A DNA stretch of 64,000 bases from positions 9,553 through 73,552 of the IMG/VR virus record IMGVR_UViG_3300044620_000614; one strand, written 5' to 3'. The number at the start of each line of letters is the position of its first letter. Position 1 is the stretch's first letter. The translations under genes and the position numbers were made by a program. Below are positions 42,795-54,578 of the stretch, piece by piece. This stretch comes from a virus. Under the pieces are notes generated by a model. That model was given only the letters and a program-made list of their open reading frames with translations, searched no databases and was not told the origin of the DNA.

Positions 42795-44701
42795 TTAGTC
42801 AAGTCTACGATTTCACACTTATCGCCACTGCAAGCGTAGGTTTGTGTACCAGCAGTGTTGTCTTCCTTCTCATACTTCTTGAGTTGACTCCAATCAACAC
42901 TCTTTGGCATCTTTGCAAGCATTTCTTCATATTGCTCCTTTGTGCAATCTTGATATGGTGCTTGACGGTAACTGTGATCAGAATGTGGCAAGAAGGAAAT
43001 ACCACTAATCTCATCAAAGTGCTTGTAAACCCATGCTCCAACTTCCACCCATTCATGTTCCTTCACGGTGATGGTAACTGATGGCTTATGCTCACACCAG
43101 TTGCGTTGATACACCAACCAAAGTTCTAGTTGCTCAATGGCGGTCATATCATTTCGGGTGATAGAACCTTCTGCTTTCATTGGGAAAGAGAATACCATTG
43201 TGTGTTCTGGCTTCATAACGCATGGCTCATGTGGGAAGCCAAGATCCACCATAAGTTTACAAATTGGATCTTTTTGGTCCGCACGAACAGTACGGATATA
43301 ATATTCGGCGTGTCTGGCGTGAATACCAGATGCGGCGTCTACCAGTTGCGAGACTGTACCCGATGGTTTTACACAGGTGATGGCAGCAGCAGAATTGATT
43401 CCTAGACGCTTTGCCCATTCCTGATTGGTGCTGATCGCTTCTTGCTTCAATGTGCCTAAAAGATCACTGCTTGGATTTTGCATCATCTTGTTATCAAGAA
43501 TGCCAGTCAGGGATACACCAAGAAGTGCTTCTTCTTCACAATTCTTCTTCCATTCGCTTGAGAGGTATGGGAAGTTTGTGAGAGATGCTTGCCAAGTGCC
43601 GAGAATGGCAGCCAAGCGAGTCTTGCGCTTTAGTGATTCTGTTGTATCCTCTGTACGAACAACAACCTCAGTTAAGTTGCAGAACTCACGATCACGCAGA
43701 ATAATCTCACTGCATGGGTTTGTACCAAACTCAAAGTTCGGATCACGACGCTCACCTAGACGAGCAACGGTCTTCTTTGTTGCATCACGGTTAAAGATAC
43801 CACGCTCACCACTCTTACTGTTGTAGAGAGATAGCCATTCTTCCATGAATACACCAATCTCTGGACGCTCTGTATAAACGGCAGAGTTGTTTGCCAAGGC
43901 GCGTTGTGGATTTGCTTCCCACCATGCACCTGTCTTGGCGTTTCTCATGCGGTCGTCCGAGAGATTTGATAGGCTAATAAGAGCAGATCGACGGACTCCT
44001 CCGACCACGACAATCTCCGCAATCTTGCAGACGATATCATGGCATTCAATTGAGGTAAGTTTGCGCCCTGCCGCTCTCTTAAAAGTATCACAGGTGAATT
44101 GGAATAGATCTTCGAGAGGCTTTGGACCTGAAGCTCTCCCTCCAAATGTCTTAAGCCGCGCACCAGCAGGTCGTACCTTAGATACGTCCCATTGTGGTAT
44201 TTGACCTCCAATGAGCAAGGAGACAAGTTCCTTATAAGCCTTAGCCCAACCAGCCTTACTGTCCTGTACAATGATAGTGGTATCTGACTGAGTGAACTCC
44301 TCAGCGATTGTTGGGAGTTTCTCGACGAATTGCTTCTCGACACTAAAACCCACACCAGTACCGCACATAAGAATATATAAAATTTCATCAAATGCCCTCA
44401 CACGGTTTACTGCCACATAAGAACAATTATAGCCGGCAGTGTTGTCCCGCAGTAACGCTTCACCTGCCGTCATCAATGATCTCATACTTGGCATAATTTC
44501 TAAATTTAAAACTGCTTGGCGCAATTCCTCGCGCTCTTCTTTTGTAATTTTAACCTTCATTCCCTTGAGATGTTCATCAAAAAAATTAAAGTAGCGATTC
44601 ACAGTTTCTTCCCAAGTTTCTCTGCGACCTTCTTCCTCAAGCCAACGAGAGTAGCGAGAAAGGTGAATAAAATCTTGGTAAAGTGTTGGTAAGTTTTTCA
44701 T
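42791..44701 (-). CDS. nrdJ: class II (B12-dependent) ribonucleotide reductase
   Basis: YNCS, GTGVG, GGVRRSA, TNPCSEI, TCVKPSGT, C-terminal ACSGDKC. Confidence 0.93.
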   Translation of the reverse strand: MKNLPTLYQDFIHLSRYSRWLEEEGRRETWEETVNRYFNFFDEHLKGMKVKITKEEREELRQAVLNLEIMPSMRSLMTAGEALLRDNTAGYNCSYVAVNRVRAFDEILYILMCGTGVGFSVEKQFVEKLPTIAEEFTQSDTTIIVQDSKAGWAKAYKELVSLLIGGQIPQWDVSKVRPAGARLKTFGGRASGPKPLEDLFQFTCDTFKRAAGRKLTSIECHDIVCKIAEIVVVGGVRRSALISLSNLSDDRMRNAKTGAWWEANPQRALANNSAVYTERPEIGVFMEEWLSLYNSKSGERGIFNRDATKKTVARLGERRDPNFEFGTNPCSEIILRDREFCNLTEVVVRTEDTTESLKRKTRLAAILGTWQASLTNFPYLSSEWKKNCEEEALLGVSLTGILDNKMMQNPSSDLLGTLKQEAISTNQEWAKRLGINSAAAITCVKPSGTVSQLVDAASGIHARHAEYYIRTVRADQKDPICKLMVDLGFPHEPCVMKPEHTMVFSFPMKAEGSITRNDMTAIEQLELWLVYQRNWCEHKPSVTITVKEHEWVEVGAWVYKHFDEISGISFLPHSDHSYRQAPYQDCTKEQYEEMLAKMPKSVDWSQLKKYEKEDNTAGTQTYACSGDKCEIVDLTK

Positions 44702-44725
44702 ATATTTACATCTCCTATGGGTAAT

Positions 44726-44753
44726 ATTATAGTACGAGACACTAACTTGTCAA
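44726..44753 (-). promoter_or_regulatory. sigma70-like promoter for nrdJ
   Basis: TTGACA-16 nt-TATAAT. Confidence 0.7.
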
Positions 44754-44782
44754 TTCTTTTGGTACGATATTTAGTGTTTAAA

Positions 44783-46576
44783 TTAAAGTTCGTTTATGCT
44801 TGCTTCAGCAAAAATTCTAATTGTTTCTGCTGATGTAAAGTTATTACCATCACCGGAAGCAACTGTTATTTGTGCAGTTGTTGCTGAATAACTATTAACA
44901 AAAACGCTACTAACTTTTCCACCACGATTTGGAGTTACTGAAGTACCATCAGACGAACCCGCTGTTGCTATAATTCTTGGTAAACGAGTTGCGGGATAAG
45001 GATATCTAAATGTCCAAGTGGAACTTGCAACTTTATAGTCACTAGTTGAGGTAGTTAATTGTTCAGTATAGTGTTGTTTTTGCAGTCTCATTGGAGCCGC
45101 GGCATTTGCAGATGAACCAAAGACAGCCAATATAGTTCCGCTTGGGGCAATTATATCGTCAATTATAATAGAAAGATTAGCGGAAACGTCATTGGTTCCT
45201 AGGAAAGATAATATTGAAAATGCGCTGGCTGCTTTATGATTCAATCCACGTATATCAATATTGATTTTATCTGTAGGTGCAGAACTATTACCAGCATAAA
45301 GCATGACACAACGATGGGTGCTTGGAGAGGAACCTTTATTTTCCATAGTGTTATTGTGCATAATCAATTTAAAATCTTCAGTGATTTTATCAACATCAAG
45401 GTACACACAACCAGCAGAACTGCAATTACCATATGTTATTAATTCACAATTTTGTATTGTAAAAGTTCCACCCACCACTTCGCTACCCCATATACAGGAA
45501 CCATCATCAGACAATCCTAAATCACCAGCACCCAATAATGTACTAGTTGGTCTTCCATATATCTTACAATTTTTATATGAAACATTTCTACCGGCCATGT
45601 TCGCATGTTGAATTATGCAATTTGTATATAAGACATCATCAGAATTGCCGTGCATATCAGCGGCACCCACTCCCAATTCTCCATCATTTTCTAAAATGCA
45701 ATGATCTATGATTACATTTCTAACAGGAGGCCCCAAACCACCACCCATAGCAATACAATGACGATCACTGTACAATGAACAATTACTAACCGTAATTTTT
45801 TGCGAATTAAGAAAGACTATAGGATAAGAATCACTAGATGGGAAGGATGCGCTTCTTCTTGCTGTTGCTTTTAAATTTTTAACATCAATATCAAAACATG
45901 TTTGAATTGCTATACCAGTTCCTGTAGCACCAGTATTTAATGAAATATCACGAATAACTACTCCTTCGTGCCCCTCAACGGTTAATGCAATTTTTGATGA
46001 TCCGCTTGGTGGAATAATTTTTAAATTTGAAATATGAACTTTACCACCAGTCAGTTTGGTCATAGTCATAGAGCCCGAAGCATAGGTGTCTGGTGAAGTT
46101 GAGTATGTTTTTATATTAGTAGAATTTGTTGGATCTGCTACTTTGAAAAAACAACCATCTCTATAATAATTTCTGTGAGGTCCAAAACTAAAATCAGTAG
46201 GATTGTATGCAACAATAACATCACCCTCAGACAATCCGTGTGCTGTTGAAAATGAAATAACATTACCACCGGCCTGTATATTGGATGCTAAATTTGGCAA
46301 AGAACTTCGTGTGCATACTAATTTTAATTCACCATTCGTAGAAAAATTTAAAACCGAACTATCACCAGATCCATATAAATGAATATTTGCATTTGATATA
46401 GTTAGTGTACTTGTTATTTTATATGTTCCTTGTGGAAAAAACAATGGAACATTTGCATTAAAAGCCAATTGAATAGCGGCTGTATCATCAGTTACACCAT
46501 CTCCAGTTGCTCCGTAATCCTTTATGGATTTTATGTCGCAAACTTTACTGCTGATAGTTCTTGAGGTACAAGTCAT
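44783..46576 (-). CDS. tailspike-like beta-helix (pectate lyase 3) protein
   Basis: IKDYGATGDGVTDDTAAIQ, FPQGTY, parallel beta-helix repeats. Confidence 0.85.
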   Translation of the reverse strand: MTCTSRTISSKVCDIKSIKDYGATGDGVTDDTAAIQLAFNANVPLFFPQGTYKITSTLTISNANIHLYGSGDSSVLNFSTNGELKLVCTRSSLPNLASNIQAGGNVISFSTAHGLSEGDVIVAYNPTDFSFGPHRNYYRDGCFFKVADPTNSTNIKTYSTSPDTYASGSMTMTKLTGGKVHISNLKIIPPSGSSKIALTVEGHEGVVIRDISLNTGATGTGIAIQTCFDIDVKNLKATARRSASFPSSDSYPIVFLNSQKITVSNCSLYSDRHCIAMGGGLGPPVRNVIIDHCILENDGELGVGAADMHGNSDDVLYTNCIIQHANMAGRNVSYKNCKIYGRPTSTLLGAGDLGLSDDGSCIWGSEVVGGTFTIQNCELITYGNCSSAGCVYLDVDKITEDFKLIMHNNTMENKGSSPSTHRCVMLYAGNSSAPTDKINIDIRGLNHKAASAFSILSFLGTNDVSANLSIIIDDIIAPSGTILAVFGSSANAAAPMRLQKQHYTEQLTTSTSDYKVASSTWTFRYPYPATRLPRIIATAGSSDGTSVTPNRGGKVSSVFVNSYSATTAQITVASGDGNNFTSAETIRIFAEASINEL

Positions 46577-46614
46577 AATTCTTCCTTTAAATTATTTGGT
46601 ACTATATTTAGTTG

Positions 46615-46842
46615 TCAGAATGCTCCACCGTCAAGCGAATTGGAATTTTTCCATTCGATACCATCATACTTCAATACTTCATTTGAAGTCGGTGTTGTGA
46701 TGGTTACGTCGCTTAAATCACTTAATGAAATATCAATTGTTCCTGCACTTTTCACAGTCCAAGCAGTGCCATTCCATTCCCATGTAATAGTTCCTACTGT
46801 GTAGGTATTGCCAATTGATGGTGTGTTTGGAAATCCTGCCAT
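46615..46842 (-). CDS. small virion/fibre protein
   Basis: FPNTP..G.TYT..WEWNG.AW; LSDLSDV; LDGGAF. Confidence 0.7.
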   Translation of the reverse strand: MAGFPNTPSIGNTYTVGTITWEWNGTAWTVKSAGTIDISLSDLSDVTITTPTSNEVLKYDGIEWKNSNSLDGGAF

Positions 46843-46853
46843 TTATTATTCCT

Positions 46854-48071
46854 TTATATGATTTCAAACCAAGAAAAATCTACGGCAACATCTGTCTGAT
46901 TACTTTTACCGGCCATTGCAATGGTGATTATATCTGAAACTCCAGCTTGTGTTCTTCCTAATTGGAAATTAAAGTCATTTATATCGGATATAGTAAGCAA
47001 TCCATTGATTTCAATATATCCGCCAATAATATCAGTACCACCTGTATATGATGTTCCAGAACCGTGAAAAGAATATTGAACATTTCCATTGTAGTGATCG
47101 CTCCAAGTGACAGCATCCCCAGTAAATGTGGGATTTAGTAAAATTCTGTATTGTGCAGAGGTATTTGCAATTACCAATGCACTTATATTTGATGGAACAA
47201 TTACAGAATCTAATCTAGAGTCTTTTAAACGCAAAGAAACTACAGGATAGAAAGTACCAGCGGTTGCCAATCTTTTTGGAGATGTTATAGTCGTTGCGAC
47301 ATTATACCGTCTAGAGAATCCTTCAAATCCTGCTTCCGACATTACGCTATTGCATATTTGTTTTGCTGTGGATGCAGATGCGGTTGCTGCTAAATTCTCT
47401 ATCTCTATACGCAATGGTAGAGTTGCAGTAGTCATGTATGTGGTAGGTCTCAAATTATCATTATGAAATGTATGTGCTATAACAGGTCTTCCATCAACAA
47501 AAAATCCAACACGCACATCACCCACACCTAACCATTCAATATCCATTATCAAAATGTTTGCTTTGGTTAGATCTAAAGTTCTGCCACTTGGACCAGTGCC
47601 ATTGAACTTATCGCCGTTCCAATTCGCTTGGGATACTTTATATGTCTCATCATCAACAGATCCATCAACATATGTTCTCAATACAAGATAAACATCATTT
47701 CCATTTTGCTCAAGATAGATTCCATTTTGAGCACCAAAATAACCAACTCTTTGACGAAGGTTTGCTTTCTTTGCTGCAAATACGAAAGTACTTAATACCA
47801 ATAAAGATTTGCCTGGTTGATATGCAAATACTCTTTTTGTTTCTCTATAAACCTTCGCACCCGAAGCGGTTGTTAGATTTAAATTAATCGCACTTTCATT
47901 TGGTTTGAATTCTGTAGAACCACCACTAGTGGTTAAAGTATCCCATTTATCATTTTCTTGATAACGGTGCTGTGAATCAAACAGAGTAAATGGTGTGCTT
48001 ACTTTAAGACGAGCAAAAGCATCAATTGCTTCGCCGTTAAATCGTATTTGATCGTTAAATAGGTAACTCAT
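46854..48071 (-). CDS. virion structural protein
   Basis: DAFARL.VS.PFTLFD, YQPGKS, EWLGVG.VR.GF. Confidence 0.7.
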   Translation of the reverse strand: MSYLFNDQIRFNGEAIDAFARLKVSTPFTLFDSQHRYQENDKWDTLTTSGGSTEFKPNESAINLNLTTASGAKVYRETKRVFAYQPGKSLLVLSTFVFAAKKANLRQRVGYFGAQNGIYLEQNGNDVYLVLRTYVDGSVDDETYKVSQANWNGDKFNGTGPSGRTLDLTKANILIMDIEWLGVGDVRVGFFVDGRPVIAHTFHNDNLRPTTYMTTATLPLRIEIENLAATASASTAKQICNSVMSEAGFEGFSRRYNVATTITSPKRLATAGTFYPVVSLRLKDSRLDSVIVPSNISALVIANTSAQYRILLNPTFTGDAVTWSDHYNGNVQYSFHGSGTSYTGGTDIIGGYIEINGLLTISDINDFNFQLGRTQAGVSDIITIAMAGKSNQTDVAVDFSWFEII

Positions 48072-49726
48072 ATGATTCTCCATCCATTTCTATAAATGAA
48101 TTGTAATGCACCATTGCTAATATTTAAAATTGCAGATTCTTCATTATCTATGAAATCGTTTGTATTGCCAGGAACAATTTCAATGTAACGATTAGCATAT
48201 CCTGCTTGTCCAGATTCATCTTTTACTGTAATAGTTTCTCCAGTAACTGGTGTTGTTGGAAGAGTAATTGTAACTATTCCGGCGTAGTTTACACCAATAT
48301 AATAATCTAAGGATGACGCTTGATATGATGATGTGGTTACTGCTTGTGTGTGATAAACAGGCGACAAATTAATAGAGGGTACTACAGAAATTTCTACCCA
48401 TTGAGATGAATCACCATCGTCAATGTAAACAAAGTATCTACCAGTTAAACTATTAAACCATCTATCACCATTGATTGCACCTTCGGGTGGAACCGGAGCA
48501 TAAGTGAATCTATTTGCTACCGTAGTTCCACCACCAGAGATATCGATGTTGATATTCTTGCCATCAGAAGAAACCGATGAAATACCAGTTCCTGTGAAGT
48601 TTATACTTTTAGCGGCAGAAGTAAGTCTACTTCCTTCATGTTTAACAATAAGGTTTCCACCACCACCGCCTTGTGCGCTATGTTTTCCTACATGTGCAAC
48701 AAGATCATTTAAATACTTAGATTCTATCGAAAGAGTTTTCTTTTCGAGTTTCAAAGGAAACGTAGCAGCAACTACACCGGGTTCTCCAGTATCTCCTTTA
48801 GGACCAATTGATCCTGCTTCTCCCGCTACACCAGCAGGTCCCTGCGGACCTACATCGCCTTTTGCTCCCTGAGTTCCCTGTATACCTTGAGCGCCGCGTT
48901 CTCCCTTTGGACCAGTTTCGCCCGCTTCTCCCTTATCGCCGCTCGGACCTCTGTCTCCTTTAGCACCGCGAGGACCACGTGGACCGGGTGGACCAGATAA
49001 CCCAATAGGCCCTTGGGGACCGGTATCTCCTTTTTCGCCCTTTTCTCCTCGCGGTCCAATTGGGCCAACTTCTCCCTTATCTCCAGTATCTCCACGGTCA
49101 CCTTTAGGACCAATTTCGCCTTGTAATCCATCTGTGCCCCTTTCTCCGGTGTCACCCTTTGGACCTTGAATACCTTGTGGACCAATATCGCCTGGTTCGC
49201 CCTTGTCTCCCTTTTCACCTTTCTCTCCGCGATCACCAATAAATCCACGTTCTCCACGGTCACCCTTTTCACCATTGTCTCCCTTTAAACCGGGAAGCAT
49301 AATAGGAGTTGGTGCTTCTAGTTGTTTTGGTTCTTCTTTAATTACTTCAGCAACAGAATCAACAATAACATCTTCACTTGCAAGAACAAACAACTTATCA
49401 ATGATGTTATATTCTTTACCATCTGGATATTTGTCATTACCACCAAGGATTTTAAATAATCTGTTTGTTCCTTCTTCTACAAAGCAATATTCACCTATAC
49501 CGTTTAATTTCACAATATATGGTTTATTGCCCTCTTCTGTAAGAAACTGAAATGTTTCAGAAAGGATTATATTAAATACTGATCCTTGCTTCATTTCTCC
49601 CAGATCACGGGTAAGTAAAAATCTATTATTCCGTGGTGCAGCCTTTCCTGAAATGTACCAATTTGATAAATTGGCATAATTCAATCGCGGTTCCGGTGTG
49701 TTAAATGAAGAAAATGATGGTAGCAT
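48068..49726 (-). CDS. collagen-like (Gly-X-Y) fibre protein
   Basis: long GxY run; C-terminal GDRWFN and ITLP...VKDE domains. Confidence 0.85.
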   Translation of the reverse strand: MLPSFSSFNTPEPRLNYANLSNWYISGKAAPRNNRFLLTRDLGEMKQGSVFNIILSETFQFLTEEGNKPYIVKLNGIGEYCFVEEGTNRLFKILGGNDKYPDGKEYNIIDKLFVLASEDVIVDSVAEVIKEEPKQLEAPTPIMLPGLKGDNGEKGDRGERGFIGDRGEKGEKGDKGEPGDIGPQGIQGPKGDTGERGTDGLQGEIGPKGDRGDTGDKGEVGPIGPRGEKGEKGDTGPQGPIGLSGPPGPRGPRGAKGDRGPSGDKGEAGETGPKGERGAQGIQGTQGAKGDVGPQGPAGVAGEAGSIGPKGDTGEPGVVAATFPLKLEKKTLSIESKYLNDLVAHVGKHSAQGGGGGNLIVKHEGSRLTSAAKSINFTGTGISSVSSDGKNINIDISGGGTTVANRFTYAPVPPEGAINGDRWFNSLTGRYFVYIDDGDSSQWVEISVVPSINLSPVYHTQAVTTSSYQASSLDYYIGVNYAGIVTITLPTTPVTGETITVKDESGQAGYANRYIEIVPGNTNDFIDNEESAILNISNGALQFIYRNGWRII

Positions 49727-49734
49727 ATCTCTAT

Positions 49735-50442
49735 TTATTTGCCAGTCAAAGCCTTCCAAGAGTGCGGAAATAGCGGTTGGATTATATCATAAATGGCTTG
49801 TGCATACTGGCGAACCTCCCATTGTGCATGGGGATCAATTCTTTGTGCATATACTCTCGCGTATGCAGAAAGTGATCCTGTCCACCACCATTCGGTGTAA
49901 GTCCCCTGTGGTAGCACGGAACGCGCCTGCTCGGGGGCTACCCCCTCTGCGATGAGTTTATGATACACCTCTAGCGCGGGTTTAGCGATCCTTTCCCAAT
50001 CAGTATTATATGAATTCACTAATTCGGGGTTAACGAAATCTTCGCTTCCCTGCTTTGCGCCATTTGTTGGCTTTGAACGCCACTGCGGACAATAGATTTC
50101 TGGCGTATCCGAAACATATCTACGGGATACTTCATTCTCTACGAATCCAACCTTGTGCTTAAAAAGTTGAGTTCGGATGAAAATTGGGGCTTTGATTCTC
50201 AAAGTTATCTGAGGATGTGCAAAGGGAGTCCAGTGCTTGTGCTTTGCAAGATAAGAGATCAGTTTCTGATCTTTTTCAGACAATTTGTGTTCACGATAAC
50301 CAGTCCAATTGGGATCAGTATCCCAATCACTTTCCTTATTAAAGGAAACTCTCGCGGCATTTACTACCGTGAGATCGCTTCCCATGTAATCAACTAAGTT
50401 AACAAATCCGTGATCAAGTAGGTTTATCTTTTTGTTCATTAT
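49735..50442 (-). CDS. thyX: flavin-dependent thymidylate synthase
   Basis: [34 protein letters not shown]. Confidence 0.95.
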   Translation of the reverse strand: MMNKKINLLDHGFVNLVDYMGSDLTVVNAARVSFNKESDWDTDPNWTGYREHKLSEKDQKLISYLAKHKHWTPFAHPQITLRIKAPIFIRTQLFKHKVGFVENEVSRRYVSDTPEIYCPQWRSKPTNGAKQGSEDFVNPELVNSYNTDWERIAKPALEVYHKLIAEGVAPEQARSVLPQGTYTEWWWTGSLSAYARVYAQRIDPHAQWEVRQYAQAIYDIIQPLFPHSWKALTGK

Positions 50443-50782
50443 CATCACCAAAATTAAATTCCACACCATCAATTTGAACGTAATCTAGAGCATAATCTTT
50501 TGCGCGTTTCCACATTTCGGGATCTATCGCTTTGATGTACTCTGCAAATTTTATACCAAATTCAGCAACGGCTTCTGTGCTTAAAATCCAAGCGCGTTGC
50601 TCTTCTGTTAAGTTGTCGAATTCGACTTCAATTTCGTCCAAGTCGATAACTTCTTCATCATCTTCTTCGGACCCTCCATCTGAGTAACTTGGGAATGGTG
50701 GAGTTTCTTCCGGATCATCTGATTCAATCTCGTCATCTTCATAGTATTCATCCTCATCTTCGTAGTCGTCGTAGTTTGACAT
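50414..50782 (-). CDS. highly acidic protein
   Basis: D/E-rich N-terminus. Confidence 0.6.
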   Translation of the reverse strand: MSNYDDYEDEDEYYEDDEIESDDPEETPPFPSYSDGGSEEDDEEVIDLDEIEVEFDNLTEEQRAWILSTEAVAEFGIKFAEYIKAIDPEMWKRAKDYALDYVQIDGVEFNFGDDNEQKDKPT

Positions 50783-51775
50783 TTAAACCTTCTTCCATTG
50801 AGAGAATCTAATAAGTGCTTCAGGTCCGGAGTAAGTGTTAGTATCGATTACTCTTTTTACTTCGATTGGTGTTCTACCTCTCAACACCATATCATTTACA
50901 TCCTTACCTGTTACACTATTAGGCCATATGCAAACTGTCTTACCAGTATTTATTAATTTTTGATATTGCTGAACCACATGCTTATTACGAGGTTCATTGT
51001 CCAACACATAAATCAACTTACTACTTGCAAATAAATTTGCATCAATTTCGTGGTTCATTCCAAGAATGGCAACTGAGTTTGGAATGAACAACGAATCAAT
51101 GGGTCCTTCCATAACATACACAACTGATTTCAAATTTGCTCGCTCGACACCAAAACACAACTTGGTATCTTCGTCAAATTTGATAGTAACATAACGAATT
51201 GCATTGTCATCCAATGCTCTTCCCTGAAACCCAACAAGTTCATTGTCCTTATCGAATATTGGAATAATCAATCTTGGTTCTTCACCAACATCTTTTTGAA
51301 TATGCTTATTCACAAATTCCGCAAAGTTTTCTGCATAATACAAATTTTCCCAATGTTCTTGTGGTATCTTTCTGCGTGTTACATAAGATTTACAAACATG
51401 TGAACGATCCAAATCATTAATAGTTGGTAAAACTATCTTATTAAATTTGGGAGTGTCCATTTTGATTTTTGGTTTTTCATAATTTGAATGACCGTTTTCT
51501 CCACCTTTCCAACGCTCCAAAGAGTATTGTTTGCTTAATGCTGGAGAAACGGTTTCCAAAAATCTATAGATGCTTGTAGATGCCCCACAGTTGTGACATC
51601 TATAAAACATATCATTGTTTTTAGAATAAAAGTATCCTCTTGCTTTTGTCTTATTTGATTTGGAGTCACCACAAATAGGACAACGACAATTTGCCAAAGT
51701 ATCACCCTTCCACTTGAACATCTCAAGCATGGGGGATACTAGATTGATATACTTTTTATCTACAATTAATGACAT
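50783..51775 (-). CDS. DNA primase (T4 gp61-like)
   Basis: CRCPICGDS, CHNCG, EGPIDS, DNEPRN, KDVND. Confidence 0.95.
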   Translation of the reverse strand: MSLIVDKKYINLVSPMLEMFKWKGDTLANCRCPICGDSKSNKTKARGYFYSKNNDMFYRCHNCGASTSIYRFLETVSPALSKQYSLERWKGGENGHSNYEKPKIKMDTPKFNKIVLPTINDLDRSHVCKSYVTRRKIPQEHWENLYYAENFAEFVNKHIQKDVGEEPRLIIPIFDKDNELVGFQGRALDDNAIRYVTIKFDEDTKLCFGVERANLKSVVYVMEGPIDSLFIPNSVAILGMNHEIDANLFASSKLIYVLDNEPRNKHVVQQYQKLINTGKTVCIWPNSVTGKDVNDMVLRGRTPIEVKRVIDTNTYSGPEALIRFSQWKKV

Positions 51776-51913
51776 TATTACTCAATGTTAAATGTGCGCT
51801 TTGCCCACTCTTCCCACTCTGGAAGATCCTCGTCGCGGATTGCCGGTAAAGCGGCAAGTCGTTGCTCAAAGGTGCGAGTATCGTTTTCACTGATGTATTG
51901 TACTTGCTTATAT

Positions 51914-53332
51914 TCAGGCATCGTGTGTCTCCTCAAATTGCCAATCCTTTGCTTTGTTACCAAAACTTTTTCTCTTAAACTTACTAGTAAAACCGTTATC
52001 CTTTGTTGCTACCTCATCCTCTGCACCAACACCAATCAATCCTTCTTGTGCAGATTCTTCAACAGTATACAACTTCATCTTGGAACGGTTGATACCAAGA
52101 ATGAATTTACGATTAGAAGCCAAATCATTATATCGATTCTTTAGTTGTTTGACAACAACTTGATCCATCTTGTCAAGATCCTCTGTGCGGATCATTGCAA
52201 ACATGAAATCGGCTGTCTGCGGCAAACCAAATGACTCTGAAGTATTTTCCAAACCAAGATCAGTATTTGTATACCCATCACGGTTTGTTTGTGTTGCAGT
52301 AAAAACTGGCACATTGTATTCTACTGCCAATCCACGAAGTTCTTCTGCTATTCCCTTAACATAAGTGTAGGAATTTACCATAGCCGCTTTAAAACGACTA
52401 GAGGCACAGATGTTCAGATAATCTACAAAGATAATATCTGGAACAAACTTCTTCTTAAGTTTTAGTTCTTCCAACAGATGGCGGAAGTGATTTACATTTG
52501 AAGATCCGGTAGGATACTCCTTCACGATCAACTTACCGCTAACCCCACGGGTTGCATTGAATAACTTTTTGGCGTACATCTCTTTTGGTAGTTGCTTGAG
52601 ATCATCCAAAGTGATGTCCATGATATTTGCATCGATTCTTTCTGCAATTCGTTCTTCTGCCATTTCACAAGTGATGTAAAGCACATTCTTGTTCTGCATT
52701 AAACAGTTTGCAGCATGGTGACACAAAAACAAAGACTTACCCACACCAGTACCCGCAATGACTACATTCAAAGTCTTTTGAGGAGTACCATTGTTTGTAA
52801 TTTGATTCATGTAATCAAGATCGAAGGGTATACGCTGTTCTACTGTGTGATAGAACTCGTATCGCTTTTCTGCATCTCGTAGGTAATCGTGTCCGATGTT
52901 ATTATCAAAAGAAACAGCCAATGCATCCGACAATATAGACGGAAGTGCATTGACTGACTTCTCCTTCGACTTACCCTCAATAATATGAACAGACTCTAGG
53001 ATAGCATTGAAGATTGCTTTGTCTTTGCAAAACTTCTCTGTCTCATCCACAAGCCAATTTTCATCTTGCTTCGTGGTTGTATCGAACGCTTTAATTTTTT
53101 GATCAATACTATCAAACTCGTTCTGAGTTAAATCAGTACGAGATGATAGACCAATTTTTAGTGCATCAAGAGATGGTAACGCATTATACTTATTGAAGAA
53201 CTCCTGAACAGCACGAAATATGGCTTTATCAGTTCGTTCTTGAAAGTATTCATCCTTGATGAACGGCAGTACTCGTCTAACATATGGTTCGTTAGAGAGT
53301 AAGTTTTCAAGTATTACTTTTTCTACACTCAT
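51914..53332 (-). CDS. replicative helicase (T4 gp41-like)
   Basis: [32 protein letters not shown]. Confidence 0.95.
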   Translation of the reverse strand: MSVEKVILENLLSNEPYVRRVLPFIKDEYFQERTDKAIFRAVQEFFNKYNALPSLDALKIGLSSRTDLTQNEFDSIDQKIKAFDTTTKQDENWLVDETEKFCKDKAIFNAILESVHIIEGKSKEKSVNALPSILSDALAVSFDNNIGHDYLRDAEKRYEFYHTVEQRIPFDLDYMNQITNNGTPQKTLNVVIAGTGVGKSLFLCHHAANCLMQNKNVLYITCEMAEERIAERIDANIMDITLDDLKQLPKEMYAKKLFNATRGVSGKLIVKEYPTGSSNVNHFRHLLEELKLKKKFVPDIIFVDYLNICASSRFKAAMVNSYTYVKGIAEELRGLAVEYNVPVFTATQTNRDGYTNTDLGLENTSESFGLPQTADFMFAMIRTEDLDKMDQVVVKQLKNRYNDLASNRKFILGINRSKMKLYTVEESAQEGLIGVGAEDEVATKDNGFTSKFKRKSFGNKAKDWQFEETHDA

Positions 53333-54396
53333 TCATCAGACTCATCATTGTCCTCTGAAGCAGTCTTCTCGCCGGCAGACTGAGTACCGTATTTGAACTC
53401 CGCACCAGCGGCTTGTTCAAGTCTATCCATTACATCTTGCGTAAAGAACTTTTCGGGATTCTCTCGAATACTCTTCTCAAAAGCAGTTTTGCCATCGGGA
53501 AGTTCAATACGAGTAGAAACCTTCTTAAAGATTCCATACTTTAGGGCTAGATCAACTAGTCCATAGTATCTATCCAATCCACTGTCATACTTAAGCAGAA
53601 CATCAACCATCTTGTTCTCCTTAGTAATTCTACCCTTGTAGAGTTTGCAGTGTATCACATTTCCAACTACACCTCCATCACTATCCTTCTCTTTTCTCTT
53701 GGAGAGATAGACAATAGTTGTGGCTGCATACTTTAGACCAGATCCACCACCCATTTCCTTCGTTGGGAACATCGAACCCACAACATCGTAGGTGTGATTG
53801 GTCATAATAAGTGGCACATTTGCCTTACCAAGTTTTAATGTAAGAACCCGGAAAGTGGCTTTAATTACTTGTGCGCGAGTCATATCCTTTGTAGTCTTAC
53901 CTTCGGCAGTGTCCACCATTTCTTTATTTGTAGACAACATACCAAGAGAATCAAGAACAATCATCATTGGCTTCTTATCCTTCTCCGCTAGAGCCAAATA
54001 AGAATCAAGAATAGTGACTGCTTGATGACGGAACTCCTCCACCGTGTTTACGGGGAATACAGCAACCCTAGAAGGATCTACACCGCGTTCCTTGAACATT
54101 TGACTAGTGACTGCTTGCTCTGTATCAAAATACAGCACAGCACCGTCTGGACGATCCTTGAGAAATTGGCTTACGATACCGAGCGTGAAGTAAGTTTTTC
54201 CAGTTGCACTCTCACCTGCCAAAGCCATGATCTTATTGTCAGGCATGCCACCATGAAGAGAACCAGAGAGTAGAGCATTGAAAGCGTAACTGCCAGTATC
54301 AACGAACCCCTTGATATCGCTTCCTTCAATTCCTTCATCCACGATTGAAGCAAACTCATTTTTAGATTCCTTAATGATGTTTTTCAAAAAACTCAT
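53329..54396 (-). CDS. uvsX: RecA-like recombinase
   Basis: [26 protein letters not shown]. Confidence 0.93.
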   Translation of the reverse strand: MSFLKNIIKESKNEFASIVDEGIEGSDIKGFVDTGSYAFNALLSGSLHGGMPDNKIMALAGESATGKTYFTLGIVSQFLKDRPDGAVLYFDTEQAVTSQMFKERGVDPSRVAVFPVNTVEEFRHQAVTILDSYLALAEKDKKPMMIVLDSLGMLSTNKEMVDTAEGKTTKDMTRAQVIKATFRVLTLKLGKANVPLIMTNHTYDVVGSMFPTKEMGGGSGLKYAATTIVYLSKRKEKDSDGGVVGNVIHCKLYKGRITKENKMVDVLLKYDSGLDRYYGLVDLALKYGIFKKVSTRIELPDGKTAFEKSIRENPEKFFTQDVMDRLEQAAGAEFKYGTQSAGEKTASEDNDESDE

Positions 54397-54398
54397 AA

Positions 54399-54578
54399 TT
54401 ATTTATCTCCTTTTAGTTGTGATTTGGCATATTCTAGATCTGCAATTTTGTTATTGAATGTTTCAAGTTGGGATAATGATAGTTTTGCCAGATCGCTTTT
54501 TAGAATTAGGCGATATTCTTCTATCTTTTCGTCCAGACATTGTTCAATAATTAGTGTTGCATCTTTATTCATACGAAT
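54399..54578 (-). CDS. hypothetical protein
   Basis: short ORF between gp43 and uvsX; start uncertain. Confidence 0.45.
   Translation of the reverse strand: MRMNKDATLIIEQCLDEKIEEYRLILKSDLAKLSLSQLETFNNKIADLEYAKSQLKGDK

Noticed and set aside
48770-49290. DNA tandem repeat
   Set aside because: Explained by collagen Gly-X-Y coding.
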